DNA of 64,000 nucleotides, taken from the NCBI GenBank assembly GCA_964616855.1, contig CAZTUJ010000001.1:67872-131871 (forward strand), read 5' to 3'. The stretch is from an uncultured Gammaproteobacteria bacterium. GTDB taxonomy: Bacteria > Patescibacteriota > Patescibacteriia > Patescibacteriales > UBA12465. Position numbers and translations under genes: made by a program. Position 1 is the stretch's first letter, and every line of letters begins with the position of its first letter. Of the stretch, positions 30,254 through 38,641 are shown one piece after another. The notes below the pieces were generated by a model, which was not told the DNA's origin, ran no database searches, and was given only the letters and a program-made list of their open reading frames with translations.

Positions 30254-31756
30254 ATGTCTAAAAAGTTTACTCTTTTTGTTGAAGATTATAATGTCCCACC
30301 CCACCCTTGGCTCCTTTGGAATGATGTTTTTGATAAGGGTTTGCGGCAGGAGACTAAAGGGAAATTATTTATTGATTCTTTGTTTATTTTCCGCAATGGC
30401 CAAGTATTTTGGGGGCCCGATGCTCAACAATTTGCCGCCGCTGGCGCTTATTTTCTTAAGCGTTTACAAGCAGAGCCGGCCTTATTAAAAGAAGTTGTTG
30501 GCCGACATTATTTAGGTTTCCGGAAAGTTAAAGAGTTTTCTCGCTTTTGCCGTTCTCTAAACTGGCAGAAATTATCAGCTACGGCTTTAGCTAAAGTTTA
30601 CGAACGTTTTTATGATATTTGGATTGAGATTGGTATTTGGGGGGTTATTCCTCAGTATGTGGAAATGGGCGAGAATAACTATTCTTTAATTGTCGAGAAA
30701 GAATTATCGCCGCTTCTTTCTAAATTTGGCGACCCCGCCCTTGTTTTCAGTCGCTTACTTAGCCCCACCAAGACCACTTATTTACGCTCGGAAATGGAAG
30801 CATCTTGGCGACTTTTGGCGAATTGGCAAACCGAGACCAAAAAACTCGCATCTTTGCGGACGGCCCGTTCTTGGCAAGATTTACCTTTAGGGCAAAGACG
30901 CGCCCTTCAATTATTATCTAAGCGTTTTGGCTGGTTGCAATATTACTACGATGGTCAGGCCACTAGTCCAGAATATTATTTTGAATTATTAAAGGGACGC
31001 TGGAAAATGAAGGCGGCTAAGGTTTTACTAACGAACAAGAGGGAGAGAGAAGAGCTGCAGGCTTGGCAAAAAAAAGTGGAGAAGACTTTAAGTGCCGCTG
31101 ATCGTCGCCGTGTTAATTTATTGCGCGATTTTTCTTTGATTAAAGAGCTACGTAAAGAAATGCAAATTTATTACCTTAACTACACGATGAGTCCTTGGTT
31201 TGCCGAACTAGGTCGGCGTTTATTTTGCTCGCAGACGCAGGCAAAATATTTGACGTCTCAAGAAATTAGGGATTTCTTGTATAAGAAAAAAAAGCCAAAT
31301 GTCGCCTCTTTAGCGGAGCGTTATCGTTTGTCTGCTTATTCTACCGTTAGCGGTAAAGATAAGGTTTCGGTGGGCACACAAGCGACCGCCTTTTTGAAGA
31401 TGATGAAAGTTCCTTCCTTAAAGATGCCGGCCGTTGATTCAATTTCCGGCCAGGTTGCTTATCCGGGTAAGGCCAAGGGCTTAGTTAAAATTGTTAACGC
31501 GGTGGCGGATATTAAAAAGTTCCAAGCGGGCGATATTTTGGTAAGTTTTTCTACTAATCCTTCACTAGTGCCAGCAATGAATCGGGCGGCGGCTATTATT
31601 ACTAATACCGGTGGCATCACTTGCCACGCCGCCATTGTCTCTCGAGAAATGAAAAAACCTTGTATAATTGGGACAAAAATTGCTACCAGAATTTTAAAGG
31701 ATGGTGATTTAGTAGAGGTGGATGCAGATAAAGGGGTGGTTAAAATTATTAAGTAA
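30254..31756 (+). CDS. swivel-domain paralog P1: helical N-terminal domain + PEP-utilising-enzyme mobile (phosphohistidine) domain
   Basis: C-terminus PGKAKGLVKIV...GDILVSFSTNPSLVPAMNRAAAIITNTGGITCHAAIVSREMKKPCIIGT...DGDLVEVDADKGVVKIIK. No ATP-grasp domain and no PEP/pyruvate TIM-barrel domain. Confidence 0.85.
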   Translation: MSKKFTLFVEDYNVPPHPWLLWNDVFDKGLRQETKGKLFIDSLFIFRNGQVFWGPDAQQFAAAGAYFLKRLQAEPALLKEVVGRHYLGFRKVKEFSRFCRSLNWQKLSATALAKVYERFYDIWIEIGIWGVIPQYVEMGENNYSLIVEKELSPLLSKFGDPALVFSRLLSPTKTTYLRSEMEASWRLLANWQTETKKLASLRTARSWQDLPLGQRRALQLLSKRFGWLQYYYDGQATSPEYYFELLKGRWKMKAAKVLLTNKREREELQAWQKKVEKTLSAADRRRVNLLRDFSLIKELRKEMQIYYLNYTMSPWFAELGRRLFCSQTQAKYLTSQEIRDFLYKKKKPNVASLAERYRLSAYSTVSGKDKVSVGTQATAFLKMMKVPSLKMPAVDSISGQVAYPGKAKGLVKIVNAVADIKKFQAGDILVSFSTNPSLVPAMNRAAAIITNTGGITCHAAIVSREMKKPCIIGTKIATRILKDGDLVEVDADKGVVKIIK

Positions 31757-31761
31757 TTCCT

Positions 31762-33093
31762 ATGTTTAAATATAAAGGGGTAAATTTAATTAAAACCGTC
31801 TATCGGCCCTATGTGCCTTTAATAAGTAGCTTGTTTATTAAAGGATTTAGCAATAAAAAGAGTTGGCGGGAGTTTACCGGTCTAGATTATCAATTAAGAG
31901 ATTTATTAGAAATTGATGGCGTTTATTATTATCCCGATTATCATCTTTCCGGCTTTTCTGGAGAGGTGGTTAAAAGAATTTTTTCTTCTAAGGAGCATTT
32001 TTTAAGGCTAAAGAAAGTAACTTTAGCCAAAGAAAAAAAATTATTATTAAAAAATCAAGAAAAAAATCTGAGAGATTTTTTTAAAGATTTTTTAGCTTAT
32101 CAGCCCGCGCTTGCCATTTATCATATCTGTGATGACTTAATTGAAGATAAAGTGCGCTCCGCCCTTTTAGAAAAAGTTTCAGCACAGGAAGCCGACCGTT
32201 TAATGTCCTTATTAAATTTACCAGTTAAGCCTAATCTGGATTATTTAATGAAGAGATGGTTTTTAAAATCTAAGAATGTTGATCGTTTTATTAAAAAATA
32301 TTCTTGGACTTTCTCTCGTTATGGTGAGCATCGTTTCTTAAACTACCAAGAAGCGTTGGGTCTTTTGGCGGAGTGGAGTCAGGATAAAAGCTTAAGCGGG
32401 GTTGATAAGAACAGGGCCGCTACTAAAAAAGCGATTTTTCGAGCTAAGAAGATTTTACAGAAAAAGGCTTATTATGTAGATATCATGCAGTTTTTTATCT
32501 ACTACCGCACTCACCGCACTGATATTATGAATAAAGTATTCTTTTCTTATTATGATCGATTAGTCCTTTTCGCGCATCAGATTGGCTTAAGTCATGAAGA
32601 ATTATTGCTTTGTTCTTATGATGAGCTAGTTTCTAGAAAAATTCCTAGCAAGAAAATTTTACAAGCCAGGAAGGCTGGTTCGGTTGTTTGTTTTAGTCGT
32701 GGCGAGACCACTATCGTAACCGGTGCTCGTATTAACTATTTTAGAAAGCTTTGCCTCCAGAAAGAGAAATTAGATGCTATCGGGGGCAGGGTGGCTTTCC
32801 CTGGAATTATTTCCGGTGTAGTTAGAGTCATCAAGAATCGATCAGATTTTCATAAATTTAAAAATAAAGAAATATTAGTAAGTTCCATGACAACTCCGAG
32901 TATGGTGCCAATTATGAAAAAAGCGGCTGCTTTTGTTACCGATGAGGGCGGCATCACTTGTCACGCCGCTATTTTAGCTAGGGAAATGAAGAAGCCTTGT
33001 ATTATCGGCACAAAAGTTGCCACTAAGGCCTTGAAAGATGGCGATTTTGTAGAGGTTGATGCGGATAAGGGGGTAGTTAAAATTATTAAGTAA
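31762..33093 (+). CDS. swivel-domain paralog P2
   Basis: C-terminus ...MTTPSMVPIMKKAAAFVTDEGGITCHAAILAREMKKPCIIGT...DGDFVEVDADKGVVKIIK. 5-nt gap from P1. Confidence 0.85.
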   Translation: MFKYKGVNLIKTVYRPYVPLISSLFIKGFSNKKSWREFTGLDYQLRDLLEIDGVYYYPDYHLSGFSGEVVKRIFSSKEHFLRLKKVTLAKEKKLLLKNQEKNLRDFFKDFLAYQPALAIYHICDDLIEDKVRSALLEKVSAQEADRLMSLLNLPVKPNLDYLMKRWFLKSKNVDRFIKKYSWTFSRYGEHRFLNYQEALGLLAEWSQDKSLSGVDKNRAATKKAIFRAKKILQKKAYYVDIMQFFIYYRTHRTDIMNKVFFSYYDRLVLFAHQIGLSHEELLLCSYDELVSRKIPSKKILQARKAGSVVCFSRGETTIVTGARINYFRKLCLQKEKLDAIGGRVAFPGIISGVVRVIKNRSDFHKFKNKEILVSSMTTPSMVPIMKKAAAFVTDEGGITCHAAILAREMKKPCIIGTKVATKALKDGDFVEVDADKGVVKIIK

Positions 33094-33098
33094 TTTCT

Positions 33099-34391
33099 AT
33101 GTCTGAGCTGATTAAAGAAAAAGTTTTGCATTATCATTGGGAGCCATGGCTGAAAAGAAATTTTTATGCTTTTATGCTATCTTTGATCGCCGGCTCATAT
33201 TCCCGCGCAGATTTTAAAAAATATGGTTTTGGTGATTGGGGTTTGAAAGCCTCTCTTTTTACAGAAGGGTCATGGTATTCTTCGCCTGAGATATTTGCGG
33301 AAGCGGAGCCAAGAATAGAGCGTTGGCTGGCTAATCATAAGATTGAGGAAATTTCGGATTTATTAGACAGTTTTTTAGAATTAAAGCGTAAAGAGATTAT
33401 TGATTTGTCTAAAAATAAAAAAGTAAGTTTAAAAAAGAAATTAGTTTATTTACAGAACACCTTTCATCAAGTTGGTTCCTTTATCTGGACGGCCCATATT
33501 TTAGAGCATGTTTTGTGGCGACAGCTACGAGCAGTAACGCCAAAGTATATTAAAGGTAATATTGATAAATATATAGGCGACGCTGCTTATCCTTTGAAAA
33601 AGAATGCTCTCGAGTTGATGGAGGTGGATATGCGCTCGGGAGTCGACTTAAAAATTATTTGGAAAAAGTATGCTTGGATGCGATCGCGTGATGGCTTCGC
33701 TCGCCCTTATAAATTATCAGAGTTAGTTGAGCATAAAGCGCAATTAAAACCACTAAAACATCATCGTTATCCGGTGATACCGCGCCCTCTGATTTTGCTT
33801 TATCAACAGGCACGGGAGTTAGTTTATCTGCGCACGAAGAGAACGGATGTTTTTTATGAGCTTTTGTTCTGGGCGCGCCCAATTTTTAAAGAAGCCGCTA
33901 GAAACCACGGCCTTTCTTTTCAAGATTTAAAATATTTTAGTTTTAATAGTTTGGTTTTAGGTCGCCCTCATCGTTATGGTCGCAATATTTCTTGTTTAGA
34001 TTTTGATGGCGATTTTATTATTATCGACGGGCCAGTTTTAACTAAAAAGACTCAATTAGAGGCATTAACAGATATTAAAGGCACAATCGCTCAGCCGGGT
34101 AAGGTGCGGGGTCGAGTGGTAGTGGTAAATAAGGTGAGTGAAACCATCAAGGTAAAGCCGGGTAATATTCTGGTTACTTATATGACTTCGCCTGATTTTT
34201 TGCCTGCCATGAAAAAAGCCGTTGCTTTTGTGACTGATGAAGGCGGCCTCACTTGTCACGCCGCCATTATTGCTCGAGAAATGAAAAAGCCCTGCGTTAT
34301 TGGTACAAAAATTGCCACTAGAGTTTTAAAGGATGGTGATTTAGTGGAGGTGGATGCGGATAAAGGAGTGGTTAGAATTATAAAATCTTAA
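33099..34391 (+). CDS. swivel-domain paralog P3
   Basis: C-terminus ...MTSPDFLPAMKKAVAFVTDEGGLTCHAAIIAREMKKPCVIGT...DGDLVEVDADKGVVRIIKS. 5-nt gap from P2. Confidence 0.85.
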   Translation: MSELIKEKVLHYHWEPWLKRNFYAFMLSLIAGSYSRADFKKYGFGDWGLKASLFTEGSWYSSPEIFAEAEPRIERWLANHKIEEISDLLDSFLELKRKEIIDLSKNKKVSLKKKLVYLQNTFHQVGSFIWTAHILEHVLWRQLRAVTPKYIKGNIDKYIGDAAYPLKKNALELMEVDMRSGVDLKIIWKKYAWMRSRDGFARPYKLSELVEHKAQLKPLKHHRYPVIPRPLILLYQQARELVYLRTKRTDVFYELLFWARPIFKEAARNHGLSFQDLKYFSFNSLVLGRPHRYGRNISCLDFDGDFIIIDGPVLTKKTQLEALTDIKGTIAQPGKVRGRVVVVNKVSETIKVKPGNILVTYMTSPDFLPAMKKAVAFVTDEGGLTCHAAIIAREMKKPCVIGTKIATRVLKDGDLVEVDADKGVVRIIKS

Positions 34392-34394
34392 TTT

Positions 34395-35828
34395 ATGGGA
34401 AGAGTATTACCAGATAATAATTTAGTAAACAAAATAATTGAAGATAAAGATAATTACTTTCAATTAGCTTCTCGCCCTTTTACAGTCCAGCGTTTTGAGA
34501 TTATTGGATTTTTTTCTTGGAAGTTGTTAAAGAGTAAAGTTTTTACTATGCCTTTAGCTAGCGGCTCTGATGGTTGCTGGTTAGAGAAAAAAATAACTTT
34601 AACTTCATATCATCGGCAGGGTCTGGCAATGTTGCGCCTAGGGGTTTGGTCTAAGCAAAAGAAGCATTATCTGTCGGCTTCTAAGCGTCTTGCTGTTGTT
34701 AGTAAAAAAGCAGCTCTTTGTCAGAGTAATCGTCACAGCTTATCTCTATTTTTTGAAAAATGGCAGGCTACTATTGATAATTTTTCCTATTATTTTATCG
34801 CTCCTTTCTGGGTAGAGGAATTTCTCTTTCCCAAACTACAGAAGCTTATTAAGAATGAAAAAGAGCTAGAGATAATTTCCAGTCCTGATCGTGTATTTTT
34901 TTATCAACATTTTCAAAAAGAGCTTTTAGCTATGGGTAAGCGCATCGATTATCTATACTTAATAGATAAATATGCGGCATTAACTGAGTATTCTTTAAAA
35001 GAGAAACTCCTTGATAGGGCAGAAATAAAGAGACGTTATCAGGAGATTATTGAACAGAATTTATCTGAAAACATTATCCAAACAGAAAAGAAGGCGCGGG
35101 AAAATAAAAGATTATTTGTAGCTTTACACCGTCGTTTGCCCGCCAAAACCGCCCTCTTGGCCGATATTGTTCATGAGTACGTTTCTATTCGCACGGAAAG
35201 AATTGAATTCTATCAACAAGCTTTAGTGAGAGTTAGATATTTCTATAAATTATTAGCGAAGTTAATTGCTCGTGTGCATCCAGGTTTTTCTTATCTTGAT
35301 GCTGTTTCATTAACGAGCGCAGAATTAAGATCTTTTTTGGCTGGAAATAATGATTTGCCTTTCGCGGAAATTAGAAAAAGATCTCAGCGGCAATTTGCTT
35401 TATTGTACGAGCAGGGCAGAGAAAAATCTGTTTTTATTTATCAGCCGCACAATCTGAAAAAATTGAGCCAAGCTTTTTTAAAAGCTTCTCGACCAGCTAG
35501 CGGTTTAATCTGGGGAATCATCGTTTCTAAAGGAAAGGCGCGGGGCCGGGTGAGAATAATTTATCGCCCCGACCAGTTTAAGAATTTTAAGAAAGGAGAA
35601 ATTTTAGTATCTAATTACACCTCTCCCGCTTTTATGCCTATTATTAAGCAGTCGGCAGCGATTATTACCGATGAAGGGGGAATTACTTCTCATGCCGCCA
35701 TTGTTTCTCGAGAACTGGGTGTTCCTTGCGTGACTGGAGCTAAAATTGCTACTAAAGTTTTGAAAGATGGTGATTTAGTGGAGGTGGATGCGGATAAGGG
35801 GATAATTAGAATTGTTAAAGCTAAATAG
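34395..35828 (+). CDS. swivel-domain paralog P4
   Basis: C-terminus ...YTSPAFMPIIKQSAAIITDEGGITSHAAIVSRELGVPCVTGA...DGDLVEVDADKGIIRIVKAK. 3-nt gap from P3. Confidence 0.85.
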   Translation: MGRVLPDNNLVNKIIEDKDNYFQLASRPFTVQRFEIIGFFSWKLLKSKVFTMPLASGSDGCWLEKKITLTSYHRQGLAMLRLGVWSKQKKHYLSASKRLAVVSKKAALCQSNRHSLSLFFEKWQATIDNFSYYFIAPFWVEEFLFPKLQKLIKNEKELEIISSPDRVFFYQHFQKELLAMGKRIDYLYLIDKYAALTEYSLKEKLLDRAEIKRRYQEIIEQNLSENIIQTEKKARENKRLFVALHRRLPAKTALLADIVHEYVSIRTERIEFYQQALVRVRYFYKLLAKLIARVHPGFSYLDAVSLTSAELRSFLAGNNDLPFAEIRKRSQRQFALLYEQGREKSVFIYQPHNLKKLSQAFLKASRPASGLIWGIIVSKGKARGRVRIIYRPDQFKNFKKGEILVSNYTSPAFMPIIKQSAAIITDEGGITSHAAIVSRELGVPCVTGAKIATKVLKDGDLVEVDADKGIIRIVKAK

Positions 35829-35853
35829 AATTTGGGTATAGTTTATCAAAATG

Positions 35854-35883
35854 AAAAACCGGCGTCCTAGGGAGCCGGTTTTT
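35854..35883. terminator. bidirectional hairpin terminator
   Basis: aaaaaccggcgtcc-tag-ggagccggttttt between convergent P4 (+) and the histidine phosphatase gene (-). Confidence 0.7.
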
Positions 35884-35900
35884 GGGTGTACGAGTAAATT

Positions 35901-36491
35901 TTAGATTTCAAAGCCGACGGTGTCGGCGAACGATAGTTTTCCCTTATTTTCATTAAAGATAAAGCCGCTTAGTTCGGCTAACTTTATATCCCGGGGGAGG
36001 TATTCATTGGTGTCGATGGCGTAGGCGAGCCATTCCACTAAGGGGGTGTGACTTACCATAATGATTATTTCACCATCAAGGGCGGTGTTGAACATTGATT
36101 TCAGGGAAGAAATCATGGCTTGTTGGGTCGTTTGGATAAAATCCGGATTATACTGTTGAAAGGCCTGATACCAGGTGGTGTTTTTGGCTTTAGCTTCCAA
36201 CTCTTTGTTGCTACTGAATTCAGCAAACATCTCGGAACTGCCAAAGCGCGGATCGGCTGTAATATAGGCACGGCAACGGCAGAGGCCATTTTCATCAATA
36301 AAGTGCTCGAAAGCCTTTATTGTTTGCCGGGTGCGTTTAAGGGCGCTTCCAAGGTGGAGGATGACCATTTTTTTGGCAATCAGTTCATTAAGTCCAGGAA
36401 TACCATGGCGTTTGATTTCGGCAATTTGGTCGGCGGCGATAAGGTCGCCGTCTTTACGACCGTGGCGGATAACAATTAGGTGTTTCATCAT
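35901..36491 (-). CDS. histidine phosphatase superfamily protein (SixA/PGAM-like, 196 aa)
   Basis: The N-terminal HLIVIRHGRKDGD carries the RHG catalytic motif. Distal MVSHTPLVEWL. Encoded antisense, in the middle of the swivel-paralog array. Confidence 0.7.
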   Translation of the reverse strand: MMKHLIVIRHGRKDGDLIAADQIAEIKRHGIPGLNELIAKKMVILHLGSALKRTRQTIKAFEHFIDENGLCRCRAYITADPRFGSSEMFAEFSSNKELEAKAKNTTWYQAFQQYNPDFIQTTQQAMISSLKSMFNTALDGEIIIMVSHTPLVEWLAYAIDTNEYLPRDIKLAELSGFIFNENKGKLSFADTVGFEI

Positions 36492-36599
36492 TAATCTGTT
36501 TTGGTTTTAGGTTTATGTTATTGTAAGGTTCGACAATCAGATTATTGTATAATATTATTAATATTTTGTCAATATTAAGGGTAATTAAGTCACCGTATC

Positions 36600-36627
36600 T
36601 TGACTTTTTTTGATTATTTGTTAATAT
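36600..36627 (+). promoter_or_regulatory. sigma70-like promoter upstream of P5
   Basis: TTGACT (36600-36605), a 16-nt spacer, then TAATAT (36622-36627). An inverted repeat GCAATA-AA-TATTGC follows at 36639-36652. Confidence 0.4.
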
Positions 36628-36667
36628 TTGTTTATAAGGCAATAAATATTGCTTATCAAACAAATAT

Positions 36668-38548
36668 ATGAAAAATCTTTTTAAATCGCAGACTGCTTAC
36701 GAAATTTTAGAACTACTTAGCCGTAATGAAGGCCTAAAGTTCTATCTTGGGGAAATTGCTTCCTCTTTAAAGAAGAACAGCGCTAATGTTTCCCGGGAGT
36801 TAAGCGGCTTAATGGCTGAGGGCATTATTTCTACGGAAACAGCGGGTAAGAAGAAATATTATTTTTTAAACAGCCAGTATCAGGCGCTAAGCGAACTGAA
36901 GGCCTTGTTGGTAAAAAGTCGTCAGCAGAATTTAGAACAGGCTTTTAAGCGTGATTGGATTTTAGCGGAAGAAATCATGAATGCTAATCCTTGGTTTATG
37001 GCCATTCCTTTCTATTGCTTTACCAATCAGTTTGCCCAGCCTGGCGGTCGCGCCTATCAGCAAATGTGTTGTATCTATCGCGGCTATAATCTTTGGTTTT
37101 ATTTTGATAAGCAAGATGCTTTTGCGGTGGGTGAACATTTGGTTAACAAGTTTGTGGCCGATATTGATTTTATGGAAGAAGTTAATGTGAAGATTCGCTT
37201 TTTTGCGGATAAATTAAATAAGGTGGTGGCTAAAATCCCCGAAAGTGGTTTGCAAAAATTAACTAAAGATAAATTGTGGCAATATTATCAAGATCACGAA
37301 GACATTCATTTAGAATATTATCAGTATGGCTGGATCCCGGTAGCGGCGGATATGTTTGGTGATAATTTAACTGAACGGGGCAAGAAAATTTTGTCTGATT
37401 TAGGCGTTAAAAGCGAGGAGATTGAAGAGTCTTTAGCTCTTTTAACGCAACCAGACAAAGATTCAATGTTAAAAGAAGAGCAGGATAATTTAATCAGAAT
37501 CGGAATCATGATTCAGCAAAATCCTGAGCAATTTGCGATTTTTCGGGAGTTATTTCGCAAATTTAAAGAAGAAGATGTGAAATTTTTTGGCCTCTATACT
37601 CACAGTGAAGAGTACGAAGCCAAATTCTCGGAAGTAGTCTCAGCACTTAAGGAAAAAATTTCTCCCGAAATTATGAAGAAGCTGGAAGAACACTACCATC
37701 GTTATTTTTATACGAAATATATTTATACAGAAGAGCAGGGCGTCTATAACTTTGAGCACTATCTGAAAGAATTAGTCCGCTTGGTTAACGGTGATCATGA
37801 CTTAAAAGCTTCTTTAAGCGAACAAGCACGACGGACACAAGCTTTACTTAACTCTAGGGCTTTGCTGGTGAAAAAAATAAAATTATCCTCAGGCTTAAAT
37901 CGTTTTTTTGCGGCTTGGGGTGATTTTATGGTGACAAAAATTTATCGCCGCTATGCTCAGCTGTTTGCTTTATATAAAACTACTTTTATTTTAGAAGAAA
38001 TAGCTGCTCGCTTAGAAATTACTTTAAAAGAATTACGCTTTATGACTTCTAAAGAGATTAAGGCGGCTCTTTTTGAAGATCGGCTTGATCGGGAAGAATT
38101 GAAGCGAAGAGCGTCCTTATCTTTATATTACACCGCCAAGGATACGGAAACTTATTATAGTGGAGAAGAGGCTAAGCAGATTATTGAAAAATATATTCAG
38201 CACGATCAAGAGGAGGAAGTTTCGGAATTACGTGGGCAATGCGGTTGCCGGGGTCAGGCTAAGGGCAGGGTGAGAATTGTTAATGTCACCGCCGATATTG
38301 CTAAAATGCAAGAAGGGGATATTTTGGTCTCCATTTCCACCCAGCCCGATCTTTTACCGGCCATGAAAAAGGCGGCCGCTTTTGTCACGGACCAGGGCGG
38401 AGTTACCTCTCATGCCGCCATTGTAGCCAGAGAGATGCATAAACCCTGCGTTATTGCCACTAAAATCGCCACTAAAGCCCTAAAAGATGGGGATTTGGTC
38501 TTGGTTGATGCGGACAAGGGTTTAGTTAAGCTTATCGCTAGGGCCTAA
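36668..38548 (+). CDS. swivel-domain paralog P5 with N-terminal winged-helix (ArsR-like) DNA-binding domain
   Basis: N-terminus AYEILELLSRNEGLKFYLGEIASSLKKNSANVSRELSGLMAEGIISTETAGKKKYYFLN. C-terminus STQPDLLPAMKKAAAFVTDQGGVTSHAAIVAREMHKPCVIAT. Confidence 0.8.
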   Translation: MKNLFKSQTAYEILELLSRNEGLKFYLGEIASSLKKNSANVSRELSGLMAEGIISTETAGKKKYYFLNSQYQALSELKALLVKSRQQNLEQAFKRDWILAEEIMNANPWFMAIPFYCFTNQFAQPGGRAYQQMCCIYRGYNLWFYFDKQDAFAVGEHLVNKFVADIDFMEEVNVKIRFFADKLNKVVAKIPESGLQKLTKDKLWQYYQDHEDIHLEYYQYGWIPVAADMFGDNLTERGKKILSDLGVKSEEIEESLALLTQPDKDSMLKEEQDNLIRIGIMIQQNPEQFAIFRELFRKFKEEDVKFFGLYTHSEEYEAKFSEVVSALKEKISPEIMKKLEEHYHRYFYTKYIYTEEQGVYNFEHYLKELVRLVNGDHDLKASLSEQARRTQALLNSRALLVKKIKLSSGLNRFFAAWGDFMVTKIYRRYAQLFALYKTTFILEEIAARLEITLKELRFMTSKEIKAALFEDRLDREELKRRASLSLYYTAKDTETYYSGEEAKQIIEKYIQHDQEEEVSELRGQCGCRGQAKGRVRIVNVTADIAKMQEGDILVSISTQPDLLPAMKKAAAFVTDQGGVTSHAAIVAREMHKPCVIATKIATKALKDGDLVLVDADKGLVKLIARA

Positions 38549-38577
38549 ATTAATATAGTATTATTTACCATATATAG

Positions 38578-38606
38578 TTGACAATTATACCATATATTTA
38601 TATAAT
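38578..38606 (+). promoter_or_regulatory. consensus sigma70 promoter upstream of P6
   Basis: TTGACA (38578-38583), a 17-nt spacer, then TATAAT (38601-38606). Direct repeats TACCATATAT at 38566-38575 and 38588-38597 bracket the -35 element. Confidence 0.6.
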
Positions 38607-38641
38607 TTTCTTGGATAATAAGAAAATTATTTCATAAATAT

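Noticed and set aside
36454-36663. Minus-strand 69-aa ORF in the gap between the histidine phosphatase gene and P5, and similarly ORF 40478..40714 on the minus strand.
   Set aside because: The first spans an AT-rich divergent promoter region. The second lies antisense over the ATP-grasp gene start and the P6/ATP-grasp intergenic region. Neither has a recognisable motif, and both overlap the starts of well-supported genes.
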